A stretch of DNA of 64,000 nt. It comes from Chloroflexota bacterium. Its GTDB lineage: Bacteria; Chloroflexota; Limnocylindria; Limnocylindrales; CSP1-4. Below the pieces are notes generated by a model. It searched no databases. It was not told the origin of the DNA and saw only the letters and a program-made list of their open reading frames with translations. The stretch spans positions 77,605 to 141,604 of the forward strand of contig JAICUI010000001.1 in assembly GCA_025935925.1 (NCBI GenBank), given 5' to 3'. This document shows positions 9,872 to 19,607 of this stretch, in pieces (position 1 is the stretch's first letter; every line of letters starts with the position of its first letter). Position numbers and translations under genes: made by a program.

Positions 9872-11184
9872 GCGACCGCGCAACGGGCCCGGTCGACCCC
9901 CACGGGCCGCACGGCTCGACGGACCCGCACGACGGCCACGTCCACCACGAGCACGGCGTCGCGCCGCACGAACCGGACCCGGCCGCGCATGCCGACGCGG
10001 CGCACCTCGCCGCCGAGCACGCGGCGGCCCACGACCCGTCGCGCGTCCACGTCCCGCATCCCGCCCACGTCCACGCCCCGGGGGCCGCGCCCGAGCCCCA
10101 CGTCGTGGGCCCCGAGCTGCTCCGGCTCGAGGGCCTCGAGGTCCATTTCCCGGTCCGCGGCGGCGTGATCGACTCGCTGCTCCGGCGGACGCGAGGCTAC
10201 GTGCGCGCCGTCGACGGCATCGACCTCTCGATCCGGAAGGGTGAGATCCTCGCGCTCGTGGGCGAGTCCGGCTCGGGCAAGACGACGACCGGCCGGGTCG
10301 TCGTCAAGCTCACCCGCCAGACCGGCGGCCGGATCGTGTTCGAGGGCGAGGACATCTCCGAGCTCTGGGGCACCGGCCGCCTGCGACCGTACCGGCGTCG
10401 CGTGCAGCTCATCTTCCAGGACCCGTACGAGACGCTCGACCCGCGGCACACGGTCGGCGCGTTCGTCGAGGAGCCGCTCCTCGTCGGGACGAAGCGGATG
10501 CCACGCGAGGAGCGGCAGCGCCGGGTCCGCGAGGCGCTCGAGGCCGCGGGCCTGCGACCCGCGTCGGACTTCGCGGCGCGCTATCCGCACGAGCTGTCGG
10601 GCGGCCAGCGGCAGCGCGTGGTGATCGCCGGGGCGCTCGTGATGGACCCGGAGCTCGTGGTCGCCGACGAGCCGGTGTCGATGCTCGACGTCTCGATCCG
10701 GACCGAGCTCCTGCGGCTGATGCTCGACCTTCGCCGGTCCCGGGGGCTGACGTATCTGTTCATCACCCACGACCTGTCCATCGCCTGGGTGCTCGCCGAC
10801 CGGATCGCCGTGATGTACCTCGGGAAGATCATGGAGATCGGCCCCGCGGAGGAGGTCATCCGCGCGCCGCGCAACCCGTACACGCAGGCGCTCGTCTCGG
10901 TGTCGCCGTCGACCGATCCGCCGGAGCCCGGCGCGCCGGCCCGCACGATCCTCGTCGGCGAGACGCCCGACGCCGCGCAGGTGCCGCCCGGCTGCCGGTT
11001 CCATCCGCGCTGTCCGCTCGCGTTCGACCGCTGCCGGGTCGAAGAGCCACCGCTCGTCGAGGTCGGGGAGGGCCACCGGGCCGCATGCTGGCTCTCGGGC
11101 GTGGGGCCCCGTGACCTGCCCGTCATCGACGCGGTGGCGGCCGCGATCCCCGCGGGCATGCCGCCGCCGGTGGCGACGTCCTAG
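9868..11184 (+). CDS. ABC transporter ATP-binding protein (OppF-like) with His-rich N-terminal extension
   Basis: GESGSGKT, YPHELSGGQRQR, DEPVSMLD, GCRFHPRC; 17 His in the first ~78 aa. Confidence 0.92.
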   Translation: MSDRATGPVDPHGPHGSTDPHDGHVHHEHGVAPHEPDPAAHADAAHLAAEHAAAHDPSRVHVPHPAHVHAPGAAPEPHVVGPELLRLEGLEVHFPVRGGVIDSLLRRTRGYVRAVDGIDLSIRKGEILALVGESGSGKTTTGRVVVKLTRQTGGRIVFEGEDISELWGTGRLRPYRRRVQLIFQDPYETLDPRHTVGAFVEEPLLVGTKRMPREERQRRVREALEAAGLRPASDFAARYPHELSGGQRQRVVIAGALVMDPELVVADEPVSMLDVSIRTELLRLMLDLRRSRGLTYLFITHDLSIAWVLADRIAVMYLGKIMEIGPAEEVIRAPRNPYTQALVSVSPSTDPPEPGAPARTILVGETPDAAQVPPGCRFHPRCPLAFDRCRVEEPPLVEVGEGHRAACWLSGVGPRDLPVIDAVAAAIPAGMPPPVATS

Positions 11185-11190
11185 ACGAGG

Positions 11191-11430
11191 TCAGGGTCGG
11201 CGGCGGGCGTCCTCGTCGTCGACGTCGTCGACGCCCCACAGGCGCTTCGCGACGGCGCGCCTCTCGCGCTCCTCGGCGTTCCGACGCTCCATTGCCAGGT
11301 GGCGGCAGTGGACGCAGCGCGGGCAGCTCGGCGCCTGGACCGAGGCACGGAGCTCCATCGCCGCCGCGGCGAGCGCGACGAGGAGGATCGCCAGGACGAA
11401 CGGGTAGACGTCGATCGGTAGCTGCGGCAT
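11191..11430 (-). CDS. Small single-TM protein with CxxCxxC motif (hypothetical)
   Basis: AGGA RBS; MPQLPIDVYPFVLAILLVALAAAAMEL...SCPRCVHCRH; acidic tail. Confidence 0.65.
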   Translation of the reverse strand: MPQLPIDVYPFVLAILLVALAAAAMELRASVQAPSCPRCVHCRHLAMERRNAEERERRAVAKRLWGVDDVDDEDARRRP

Positions 11431-11607
11431 GGCGTGTCCTGGTTCCGGTCGGGCGTGCCCGGGTGCCACCCGGGACCGCTCAGCCCTGTGTCGCCACGCC
11501 CGCTCTCACCGCCATGATCCCTCCACGCGCCTCGCGCGGGATCCCATTGGCGCCCGCGCTCGCTTGCGTCGTGCTTGCGACCGGCGGCACGCACCGGCCG
11601 CGGCTCG

Positions 11608-12315
11608 CTAGCGAAGCTGCTCGGCCGCCGGCTGCTCTGCCGGTCGCGTCTCGGCGCCGCCGTCGACCACGCGCCACGCCACCCAGCCGAGCACCGCCCC
11701 GATGATCGGCGCCACGATGTAGATCCACAGCTTCGAGACGTCCCCGCCCATCACCGCGGACCCGATCGACCGTGCCGGGTTCACCGACGCGCCGCTCAGC
11801 GTCGCCGTCCCGAAGTGGATCGCGACGAGCGCGAGCGGGATGGCAAGGGCCGCGAGCGACGGAACGCGCTTGGTGGCGGCCAGGATCACGGCGATGAAGG
11901 CCGCGGTCATGATCGTCTCGATCACGATCGCGCCGGTGTCCGTGACGCCGGTGCCGGGCGCCGTGATGCCCTGCTTCACCGCGTCCTGCCCGACGGCGAC
12001 GATCACCACGGCCCCCGCCGCGAGCGCACCGATCACCTGGGCCGCGATGTAGCCCACCGCGTCGAGCGGGTTCGTCCGCCTGTCCAGCACCATCGCGATG
12101 GTGACGGCGGGGTTGTAGTGCCCGCCCGAGATGTGGCCGAACGCGAAGATCGCGGCGAGCAGCCCGAACCCGAACGAGAAGGGGACCACCAGCAGGCCCG
12201 CGACGGGCGTCGCCGACGCGTGGAACGCGCCGACCGACAGGTAGCCGATGGTGAAGAACAGGAGCGAGCCGAGCAGCTCCGCTGCATACTTCCGCGCGTC
12301 CAACCGGGCCTGCAT
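11608..12315 (-). CDS. Aquaporin (MIP family channel)
   Basis: AAELLGS, SGGHYNPAVT and SVNPARS (two NPA boxes), WIYIVAPIIGA; GGAGG RBS. Confidence 0.95.
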   Translation of the reverse strand: MQARLDARKYAAELLGSLLFFTIGYLSVGAFHASATPVAGLLVVPFSFGFGLLAAIFAFGHISGGHYNPAVTIAMVLDRRTNPLDAVGYIAAQVIGALAAGAVVIVAVGQDAVKQGITAPGTGVTDTGAIVIETIMTAAFIAVILAATKRVPSLAALAIPLALVAIHFGTATLSGASVNPARSIGSAVMGGDVSKLWIYIVAPIIGAVLGWVAWRVVDGGAETRPAEQPAAEQLR

Positions 12316-12396
12316 CGTCGCGACGTCCCTCCGCGCCGCGCCGCGTGCGGTCCAGCACGCCGGGCACGGCGCGGTCAGTATGCGGACCGCCTCTGG

Positions 12397-12414
12397 AACG
12401 CGGCAAACCGCGTT
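12397..12414 (-). terminator. Small hairpin downstream of the Zn-ribbon ORF (terminator or operator)
   Basis: AACGCGG-CAAA-CCGCGTT perfect 7-bp inverted repeat. Confidence 0.3.
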
Positions 12415-12426
12415 GCGCTCCGAGGG

Positions 12427-12567
12427 CTACGCCGCGAAGGCGAGCTCCGCGCGCGTCGCGTCGGGCGCGACCTCGAGACGCACGCCGCACGCCTCGCAGT
12501 CCAGCTCGCCGGTCGCGGCATCGAACGGAGCGACATCGTCGCAGAGCGGGCAATCGACGAACAGCAT
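12427..12567 (-). CDS. 46-aa zinc-ribbon microprotein
   Basis: GGAGG RBS; MLFVDCPLCDD...LDCEACGVRLE (two CxxC). Confidence 0.7.
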   Translation of the reverse strand: MLFVDCPLCDDVAPFDAATGELDCEACGVRLEVAPDATRAELAFAA

Positions 12568-12692
12568 GGATCGAGCCTCCGGGCTGATGGGGTGCGTGCG
12601 GCGGGTCATGGCGCGCAGCGTCCGTCACCGCCGTGCCATCTAGGCTGTCATCGCCCGCGCCGCCATCCTGAAATTCGCCGGAGAATGCCCTC

Positions 12693-13625
12693 GTGACCGA
12701 TCCCGCCATCGACGTCCGCGGCCTCCACAAGGCCTTCGGCTCCACGGTCGCCCTCGAGGCGCTCGACCTGCACGTCGACCGGGGCGAGGTGTTCGGGTTC
12801 CTCGGGCCCAACGGCGCCGGCAAGACGACCGCCGTGAAGCTCCTCCTCGGCCTCACGCGCCCGACCCGCGGCGAGGGCACCGTGCTGGGCCGTCCCCTCG
12901 GTGACCGCGACGCGCGGCGCGACGTCGGCTACCTGCCCGAGCTGTTCCGCTACCAGGCCTGGCTCACGGCCCGCGAGGTGCTCCACCTCCACGCGCGGCT
13001 CTCGGGCCTGCCGTCCTCCGGGCGCGACGCCGAGCTCGACCGCGTGATCGACGTCGTCGGGCTGCACGGTCGGGACGACGAGCGGACGGGCGGGTTCTCG
13101 AAAGGGATGCAGCAGCGCCTCGGGCTCGCCGCCGCGCTCCTCGGCGATCCCGCGCTGGTCATCCTCGACGAGCCCACGTCCGCGCTCGATCCCGTCGGCC
13201 GCGACGATGTCCGGGCGATCATCCGCGAGGCGCAGGCGCGCGGCTCGACGGTGTTCCTCAACTCGCACCTGCTCGGCGAGGTGGAGCGGCTGTGCGACCG
13301 GGTCGCCATCGTGAACCGCGGACGTGTCGTGGCCGCGGGGGCGCTCGCCGACCTGCTCGGCGCCGCCGCCGTCCGGCTGCGCGTGACCGGCCTCGAGGAT
13401 CCCGGCGCCGTCCTGGGATCGTTCGGCCGCGTGACCGTCGAGGATGACTGGCTGGTCGTCGGTCCGCTCGAGCCGGACCGCGTGCCCGACCTCGTCGCGA
13501 CGGTCGTCGGTGCCGGCGGGCGCGTCCACGCGGTCGATCCCGGCCGGCGGTCGCTCGAGGACCTGTTCCTCGACCTCGTGCGCGACGCGTCGCCGCCGGC
13601 GCCCGACCTCGAGCCCGCGGCATGA
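12693..13625 (+). CDS. ABC-2 type exporter ATP-binding protein
   Basis: GFLGPNGAGKTT, FSKGMQQR, LDEPTSALD, NSHLL. Confidence 0.93.
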   Translation: MTDPAIDVRGLHKAFGSTVALEALDLHVDRGEVFGFLGPNGAGKTTAVKLLLGLTRPTRGEGTVLGRPLGDRDARRDVGYLPELFRYQAWLTAREVLHLHARLSGLPSSGRDAELDRVIDVVGLHGRDDERTGGFSKGMQQRLGLAAALLGDPALVILDEPTSALDPVGRDDVRAIIREAQARGSTVFLNSHLLGEVERLCDRVAIVNRGRVVAAGALADLLGAAAVRLRVTGLEDPGAVLGSFGRVTVEDDWLVVGPLEPDRVPDLVATVVGAGGRVHAVDPGRRSLEDLFLDLVRDASPPAPDLEPAA

Positions 13626-14488
13626 ACCCGGGGCAGGTGGCCGTGATCGCCGGCCTGACGCTGCGGGAGGTCGCGCGGCGGCGGATCCTGTGGGTGCTCC
13701 TCGGGCTGTCGGTGGTCAGCGTCCTGCTCGTCGCGTGGGGCGTCGACCGGCGGGTGACGTACGCGCGGGCCGACGGCATCCTCGAGGTCCAGGTGCGGAT
13801 CGGCGTGAGCCAGGTCCTGATCGTGATCGCGTTCATGTTCAGCTTCGTGCTGGCGATGTCCGCGGCGTTCCTGGGCGCCCCGGCGATCGCGTCCGACATC
13901 GAGACGGGCACGGTCCACGCGATGCTCGCGCGGCCGCTCCGGCGCTCGGAGCTGCTGCTCGGCCGGTGGCTCGGGCTCGCGCTCGTCGTCGCCGGTTACG
14001 CCGTGGTCTCCGCGCTGCTCGCGATCGTCGCCGTCGGCATCGTGAGCGGCCACGTCCCGCCCGAGCCGCAGGTCGCGATCGCGTACCTCGCGTTCCAGGC
14101 GGTCGTGGTGCTCACGCTCGCGATCGCGCTCGGCACCCGGCTGCCCGCGATCGCCGCGGGCTCGATCGTCGTCGTCCTGTTCGGGCTTGCCTGGTTCGCG
14201 GGCGTCCTCGGCAACGTCGCCGTGGCCTTCGATGCGACGCCGATGGCCGCCGCCGGCGATATCGCCCGGGTCCTCGTCCCGACCGACGGCCTGTGGCGCG
14301 GCGTCATCTACGGTCTCGAGCCGCCGGTCGTCCTCGTGCTCGCGAACGCCCGCAACGCCGAGGCGCTGCGCGCCAACCCGTTCTTCGCCGCCGACCCGCC
14401 GCCGACCGAGTTCGTCGCGTGGGCGATCGGGTGGACCGTGCTCGTCCTGCTCGGCGGGATCGCGCTGTTCCGCCGCCGGGAGCTGTGA
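13622..14488 (+). CDS. ABC-2 type exporter permease
   Basis: IASDIETGT...LARPLRRSELLLGRWLG; about 6 TM; ends FRRREL; ATGA overlap. Confidence 0.9.
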   Translation: MNPGQVAVIAGLTLREVARRRILWVLLGLSVVSVLLVAWGVDRRVTYARADGILEVQVRIGVSQVLIVIAFMFSFVLAMSAAFLGAPAIASDIETGTVHAMLARPLRRSELLLGRWLGLALVVAGYAVVSALLAIVAVGIVSGHVPPEPQVAIAYLAFQAVVVLTLAIALGTRLPAIAAGSIVVVLFGLAWFAGVLGNVAVAFDATPMAAAGDIARVLVPTDGLWRGVIYGLEPPVVLVLANARNAEALRANPFFAADPPPTEFVAWAIGWTVLVLLGGIALFRRREL

Positions 14489-14495
14489 CGCCGGA

Positions 14496-16127
14496 TCAGC
14501 CGGGCAGCGGCCTCGTGTCGAACAGGTTGCTCCGGAGCATCGCGCTGCCCGACGGACGGTACGCGTTGTACACGGCCCGGAAGGTGTCGGCCGACACCGT
14601 CTTCGTGCCCGCGGACCCGTACATCACCACCTGGTACAGCCGCCCCGACACGCCCCGCCGCCGGAGGTCCAGCCGCTCGAGATCCCCGACGGCCGTCCGG
14701 CTGTCCTTCGCGAACATCGTCGAGAGCTGGCTCCGGGTCAGCGCGGTCGTCGACCACGAGAACCAGGGCGAGGCGTGGTCGTAGGGCAGCCCCGATGCCG
14801 GCTGGTCGCGAATGCCCCGGAGGTACGCGATCTTCGTGCCGGGCGTCCCCGTGCTCGAGACGAACACGTACTCGCTGTTCTCGGTCGCGCCGCCGCCGTC
14901 CGAGTGGAACACGGCATTGACGATGGCGCCGTTCGACAGCAGGACCTTGCCCGGATCCGCTGCGATCACGGCGTTCGTCGAGGCCATCTCGCCCTTCGTG
15001 CCGTGGTAGACCTGCGAGCGGGTGTCGTCGTACACGTCCCACTTCTTCGTCGGCCGCAGGTGGTACGCGGCGTAGCTCCGTGCGGTGATCGCCTGCGCAC
15101 GGAGCGCCTGCGTGGGCCACGTCGATGGCATCTCGACCGGGACGACGCCGCGCAGGTACGCGTCCATCCCGAGCGTGTTCACGACGGACACCGAGCTCGC
15201 CGCGAGCAGCACGCGCAGCGTTCCGCGGTACCGGTCGTAGTCGGACGTGCGCGTGTTGACCTGGAGGACCGTCGACGACTGCAGCGGCCGGACGACGGGC
15301 GCGCCGGTCACCGTCGCCGCGTAGAGCCTCGTCCCGTCGGCGGCGACGACCTGGGCGCGCCAGCGGGTCGTCGCGACGCCGTCGACGGTCTTCGTCTCGC
15401 GCCACGCCGTCAGCTTCGCGCCGGCGGGGAACGTCGCGCCGGCCGCCGAGCTGAGCGCCCACGTCCCCCCGCGACCGGTGATCAGCAGCGGTGCGGCCGC
15501 CGGGGCCGGGTACGCGGCGAGGACCAGGACCCGGATGGGCGTCGCCGGCGCGATCGTCGAGATCGTCGACCCCTTGTAGTACGCCGCGAGGACCTGCTCC
15601 GCCTTCTGGCCCGCCTGGGCCCGGCCCTTCGCGCCGTACTGGCTCATGCCGACGCCGTGGCCCCAGCCGCGACCGTAGAACCGGACCGTCGAGCCGAGCG
15701 TGGTGATCGACGTCGAGAACGACGGCGCGGGAAAGGGCGTCGCCGTCGGCGTCGGGACCGGGGTGGGCGTGGGAACCGGGGTGGGCGTCGGCGACGGCGA
15801 GGAGGTCGGGGTCGGCGACGGCGTCGCGCTGGGGGACGGGGCAGGGGACGGCGTGGGCGACGGCGACGCGGACGGCCCCGGCGACGGCGCTGGGGTGGGC
15901 GTCGGGACCGGCGTCGGGGCCGGCGTTGCGGTCGGTGCCTCGATCGCGGCGACGAACGGCGCGACGCGGCCGGCCGCCTCGGCGGGTCGGCCGACCGTCG
16001 CCGACGATGCGACCGGCATCGCGAGCTGCGTCCCGGCGACCGCGACGGCGAGCAGGGCATGGCCGAGCCGGCGAGCGGACGGTCGAAGGCGGCGCCAATC
16101 GAAACGCTGGGGTCGGTCGATGGCCAT
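14496..16127 (-). CDS. SpoIID/LytB domain protein (secreted peptidoglycan lytic enzyme)
   Basis: [46 protein letters not shown]; signal peptide and Pro/Thr linker. Start uncertain (16127 or 16157). Confidence 0.9.
   Translation of the reverse strand: MAIDRPQRFDWRRLRPSARRLGHALLAVAVAGTQLAMPVASSATVGRPAEAAGRVAPFVAAIEAPTATPAPTPVPTPTPAPSPGPSASPSPTPSPAPSPSATPSPTPTSSPSPTPTPVPTPTPVPTPTATPFPAPSFSTSITTLGSTVRFYGRGWGHGVGMSQYGAKGRAQAGQKAEQVLAAYYKGSTISTIAPATPIRVLVLAAYPAPAAAPLLITGRGGTWALSSAAGATFPAGAKLTAWRETKTVDGVATTRWRAQVVAADGTRLYAATVTGAPVVRPLQSSTVLQVNTRTSDYDRYRGTLRVLLAASSVSVVNTLGMDAYLRGVVPVEMPSTWPTQALRAQAITARSYAAYHLRPTKKWDVYDDTRSQVYHGTKGEMASTNAVIAADPGKVLLSNGAIVNAVFHSDGGGATENSEYVFVSSTGTPGTKIAYLRGIRDQPASGLPYDHASPWFSWSTTALTRSQLSTMFAKDSRTAVGDLERLDLRRRGVSGRLYQVVMYGSAGTKTVSADTFRAVYNAYRPSGSAMLRSNLFDTRPLPG
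15730..15930 (-). repeat. Pro/Thr/Ser dipeptide low-complexity linker (6-bp period) inside the SpoIID gene
   Basis: [16 protein letters not shown]...[10 protein letters not shown]. Confidence 0.8.
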
Positions 16128-16234
16128 GCTCCGGAGTCTGGAGGTGACGGGAGGCACCGGCCATGGGTCGAGGGGGCCAGGCCGTCACCCTGACGGGCGT
16201 ACCAGCATGCCACGCCGGAGGTAGCGTTCGCAGC

Positions 16235-16783
16235 ATGCTCCGGATCTATCTCGGCCACGGCGCGTCCGGCACCGCCGCCTCGATGCGGCCATGGATCGAC
16301 GGGCTGCGCGACCGGGGCTACGAGGCACACGCGCTCGACCTGCCGAAGCGCAAGGCGGAGGACGCGGTCGCGGCGTTCGAGGCGCAGGTCCCCGACGAAC
16401 CGGGCATCGTCGTCGGCGGGCACTCCTACGGCGGCCGCGTGGCGTCGCTGTCGGCGGCCGGCGTGGGACGGCCGGAGGGCGACCCGGGCCGACGCCATGC
16501 GGCGCTGGTGTGCCTCAGCTACCCGCTGCACCGGCCGGGAGCGCCGGAGACGGCGGCGGCGCGGACGGCGCACTGGCCTCGGATCGAGATCCCGTCGCTG
16601 CTGCTGTCGGGCACCGCGGATCCGTTCGCCCGGATCGAGCTCCTCGAGGCGTCGATGCCGCTCCTGCGGGACGGCCGGCTGGAGCTGTGGCCGAAGGTCG
16701 GCCACGGGCTCCTGCGGGTCGGGGACGAGGCGCTCGACCGCATCGTCGCGTTCCTCGCCGAGGTGGACGGCGCCTCGGCGTAG
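16235..16783 (+). CDS. Alpha/beta hydrolase (KANL3/Tex30-like)
   Basis: LGHGASG, GGHSYGG, LSYPLH, GTADPF, GHGL; TAGCGT -10 lies 7 nt before the ATG. Confidence 0.87.
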   Translation: MLRIYLGHGASGTAASMRPWIDGLRDRGYEAHALDLPKRKAEDAVAAFEAQVPDEPGIVVGGHSYGGRVASLSAAGVGRPEGDPGRRHAALVCLSYPLHRPGAPETAAARTAHWPRIEIPSLLLSGTADPFARIELLEASMPLLRDGRLELWPKVGHGLLRVGDEALDRIVAFLAEVDGASA

Positions 16784-16864
16784 GGTTGCCAGCCCGCGCC
16801 GCGGGCGCTAGGCTGCGCGGCTCGCCGCCGGGCACGCGCGATCGGCCCGGCCTGGAGGTCTGCG

Positions 16865-17746
16865 ATGCCCGTCGTCCGCCGCCCCCGTCGGCCGCTGTCG
16901 CGGTTCCGCCGCACCGCTCCCGTGCTGCTCGTCGTGTGCGTGATCACGCTCGGGATCGCGATCCCGGTGCATGCCGCGAACCCGGCTCCGAAGCCCCTCC
17001 ACGTCCCGCGGCCGCCGGGTCTCGCGGAGTTCATGGGCGGCCTGGCCGAGATCGAGTCGGGCGGCAACTACGCGGCGCGCAACCGGTCCAGCGGCGCCTT
17101 CGGCAAGTACCAGATCATGCCCTTCAACTGGCCGGCCTGGGCCCAGCGGTACCTCGGCAAGCGGTCGGCGAAGCCCACCCCGGCGAACCAGGACCGCGTG
17201 GCGGCCGGGAAGCTGAGCGAGCTGTACCGCGGCCTCGGCAGCTGGGACCGCACGGCGTACTGGTGGCTCACGGGCAAGCGCGGGCCGCAGACGACGTGGT
17301 CGAAGTACGCGGCGCACTACGTCGACGGCGTCATGGTCGGCTACCGCAAGCGGAGCGCGACGCCGCCGGTCGGCGGGACGCGCCGCCTCGACGACGCGGG
17401 CGGGATCGTCCGCTACGCGGGCGCCTGGAAGACCGCGAGATACCGCGGCTACCTCGACGGGTCCGTGCACTGGGCGAAGACGCCGGGCGCGGCGGTCGGT
17501 GTCCGGTTCGTGGGCCGCGGGATCCGGATCGTGGGGCCCAAGGGGCCGACCCGGGGCCGGGTCGCGATCTACGTGGACGGGCGGCGGGTCGGCGTCGCCG
17601 ATCTGCGGTCGCGCTCGTTCCGGGCTCGCGCCGTCCTCGTGTCGATCGACTGGAAGCGGCGCGGCGAGCACTGGGTGGAGCTGCGGGTGTTGCGGGCGCC
17701 GGGGCGGCAGGTGGTCGCCATCGACTCGGTGCGGATCCGGGGCTGA
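16865..17746 (+). CDS. Secreted lysozyme-like/lytic transglycosylase domain protein with C-terminal beta-sandwich
   Basis: Signal peptide; LAEIESGGNYAARN..SGAFGKYQIM (catalytic ES, GxYQ); C-terminal YAGAW...GPTRGRVAIYVDG module; GGAGG RBS. Confidence 0.78.
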   Translation: MPVVRRPRRPLSRFRRTAPVLLVVCVITLGIAIPVHAANPAPKPLHVPRPPGLAEFMGGLAEIESGGNYAARNRSSGAFGKYQIMPFNWPAWAQRYLGKRSAKPTPANQDRVAAGKLSELYRGLGSWDRTAYWWLTGKRGPQTTWSKYAAHYVDGVMVGYRKRSATPPVGGTRRLDDAGGIVRYAGAWKTARYRGYLDGSVHWAKTPGAAVGVRFVGRGIRIVGPKGPTRGRVAIYVDGRRVGVADLRSRSFRARAVLVSIDWKRRGEHWVELRVLRAPGRQVVAIDSVRIRG

Positions 17747-17831
17747 GGGAGGCGCGAGGGGCGCACGGCAGCGACCGCCGCCCGCCACGCCGGATAAGTG
17801 CGCGGTGAGTCGCCCTTGCCACAATGCGCGC

Positions 17832-18434
17832 ATGACCGAGATCGCCGGGGCCGAGGTCCCTCCCGTCCACCGCTGCGCATGGGCGGCATCGCCGGATCCG
17901 CTGCTGCTCGCCTACCACGACACCGAATGGGGCGTCCCCATCCGCGACGAGCGCCACCTGTTCGAGCTGCTCGTCCTCGAGGGCGCCCAGGCCGGCCTGT
18001 CGTGGAACACGATCCTCCGCAAGCGGGACGGCTACCGCGCCGCGTTCGCGGGCTTCGAGCCGGCGGCGGTCGCGGCGTTCGGCCCCGACGACATCGAGCG
18101 GCTGCTGGGCGACCCCGGCATCGTCCGCAACCGGGCGAAGGTCGAATCCGCCATCGACAACGCCAAGGCGACGCTCGCGCTGCACGAGGCGGGGACGACC
18201 CTCGTCCGCCACCTGTGGTCGTTCGTCGGTGGCGTGCAGCGGAGCAACCGGATCGAGCGCCTCGGCGACGTGCCGTCCGAGACCGACGAGTCGCGCGCGA
18301 TGAGCCGTGATCTCCGGGCGCGCGGGTTCCGGTTCGTCGGGCCGACGATCTGCTACGCGCTGATGCAGTCCGCCGGGCTCGTGAACGACCACGAGCTCGA
18401 GTGCTTCCGGCGGGGGGAGGTGGCGGAGCGCTGA
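17832..18434 (+). CDS. tag: DNA-3-methyladenine glycosylase I
   Basis: RCAWA...YHDTEWG, LFELLVLEGAQAGLSW, GIVRNRAK, FVGPTICYALMQSAGLVNDH. Confidence 0.95.
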   Translation: MTEIAGAEVPPVHRCAWAASPDPLLLAYHDTEWGVPIRDERHLFELLVLEGAQAGLSWNTILRKRDGYRAAFAGFEPAAVAAFGPDDIERLLGDPGIVRNRAKVESAIDNAKATLALHEAGTTLVRHLWSFVGGVQRSNRIERLGDVPSETDESRAMSRDLRARGFRFVGPTICYALMQSAGLVNDHELECFRRGEVAER

Positions 18435-18449
18435 GCCGCTGCCGGGAGG

Positions 18450-19607
18450 TCAGCTGCGGGCGCGCCAGGCGTCGCGGATCCGCATCCGGCTGCCGACCTG
18501 GAGGACGGCGCCCGCGTAGACGCGCGCGCCCACGACGAACAGCGCCCAGATCGCGACGAGCATCAGCGCGATCGACAGCACGACCTCCCACGGCTCGATC
18601 GCCCCGAGCGCGGTGCGCAGCGGGACGACCATCGGCGCGGACGGCGGGAAGAACGTCATCACGCGGGCGAGCAGCCCGTCGGGGTCCTGCGTGACGAGCA
18701 GGATCGACGCGAGGTAGCACGCCGTCGCGGTCATCGTCACCGGCATCGAGGCGTTCGATGCGTCCTCGACGCGCGACGCGAGCGATCCGAGGAAGCCCAT
18801 CGTCGTCGAGTACAGCGCGAAGCCGAGGATGAACCACGCCAGCAGCTGCACGACCGCGCCGACGGTCGTCGGCGGGAGCGCGAGGCGCCCCGTGATCTGG
18901 ACGGCGATCAGCCCGGCGCCCACGAGGACGGCGAGCTGGAACAGCGCCAGCAGCCCGATCCCGAGCACCTTGCCCATCAGGAGGTCACGGGGCCGGACGG
19001 TCGACAGGACGACCTCCACGACGCGGCTCTGCTTCTCCTCGACGACGCCCGTCAGGACCCACGTCCCGTACGAGAAGATCCCGATGAACATCAGGATGAT
19101 CCCGGCGTTGGCGAAGATCAGCGCCGTCGTGTCGGAGGCACTGGGCGGCTCGAGCGCAGTGACCTGCGGCGGCGTGAGGAGCTGCTGGACGCCCGCCGCG
19201 CGCAGCGCCTGGACGGCGCCCGTGGCGATCGCCTGGACGTCGCTCCGGGCCGACTGGTGGACGATGAGCACGCCCGGCCCCGAGAGGTCCGCCGGGACGA
19301 CGAGCGCGGCCGCGACCTGGTCGTCGCGCACGGCGGTCTCCGCCGCGGCCTGGTCGGGGAGCGTGGACACGACGACGTCGACGCCGTACGCGTCCGCGGT
19401 CTGCTCGACCGCCTGCTGCAGCCCGGCCGGCGTCGGCTCGACGAGGGCGATCTTGCGCGCCTGGTCGTTGAGCAGCAGCGAGGGCAGGACGAACCCCGCG
19501 CCGAGCAGCAGCAGCGTGAACAGCAGCGACAGCAGGTACCCGCGGCTCCGGCCGCGCTCCATGATCTCGCGCAGCGCGACGAGCCGGATCGATCGGGCCG
19601 CCCTCAC
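18450..19607 (-). CDS. ABC-2 type permease (NatB/YhaP-like)
   Basis: VVEEKQSRVVEVVLS, LLMGKVLG, FFPPSAP; GTG start overlaps the ATPase stop. Confidence 0.88.
   Translation of the reverse strand: MRAARSIRLVALREIMERGRSRGYLLSLLFTLLLLGAGFVLPSLLLNDQARKIALVEPTPAGLQQAVEQTADAYGVDVVVSTLPDQAAAETAVRDDQVAAALVVPADLSGPGVLIVHQSARSDVQAIATGAVQALRAAGVQQLLTPPQVTALEPPSASDTTALIFANAGIILMFIGIFSYGTWVLTGVVEEKQSRVVEVVLSTVRPRDLLMGKVLGIGLLALFQLAVLVGAGLIAVQITGRLALPPTTVGAVVQLLAWFILGFALYSTTMGFLGSLASRVEDASNASMPVTMTATACYLASILLVTQDPDGLLARVMTFFPPSAPMVVPLRTALGAIEPWEVVLSIALMLVAIWALFVVGARVYAGAVLQVGSRMRIRDAWRARS

Noticed and set aside
15730..15930. Periodic repeats resembling an array or CRISPR
   Set aside because: They encode a Pro/Thr linker in frame; there are no constant repeats with unique spacers and no cas genes.
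14496..16127. Sporulation gene cluster
   Set aside because: SpoIID/LytB domains are widespread in non-sporulators, and no other spo genes are present.
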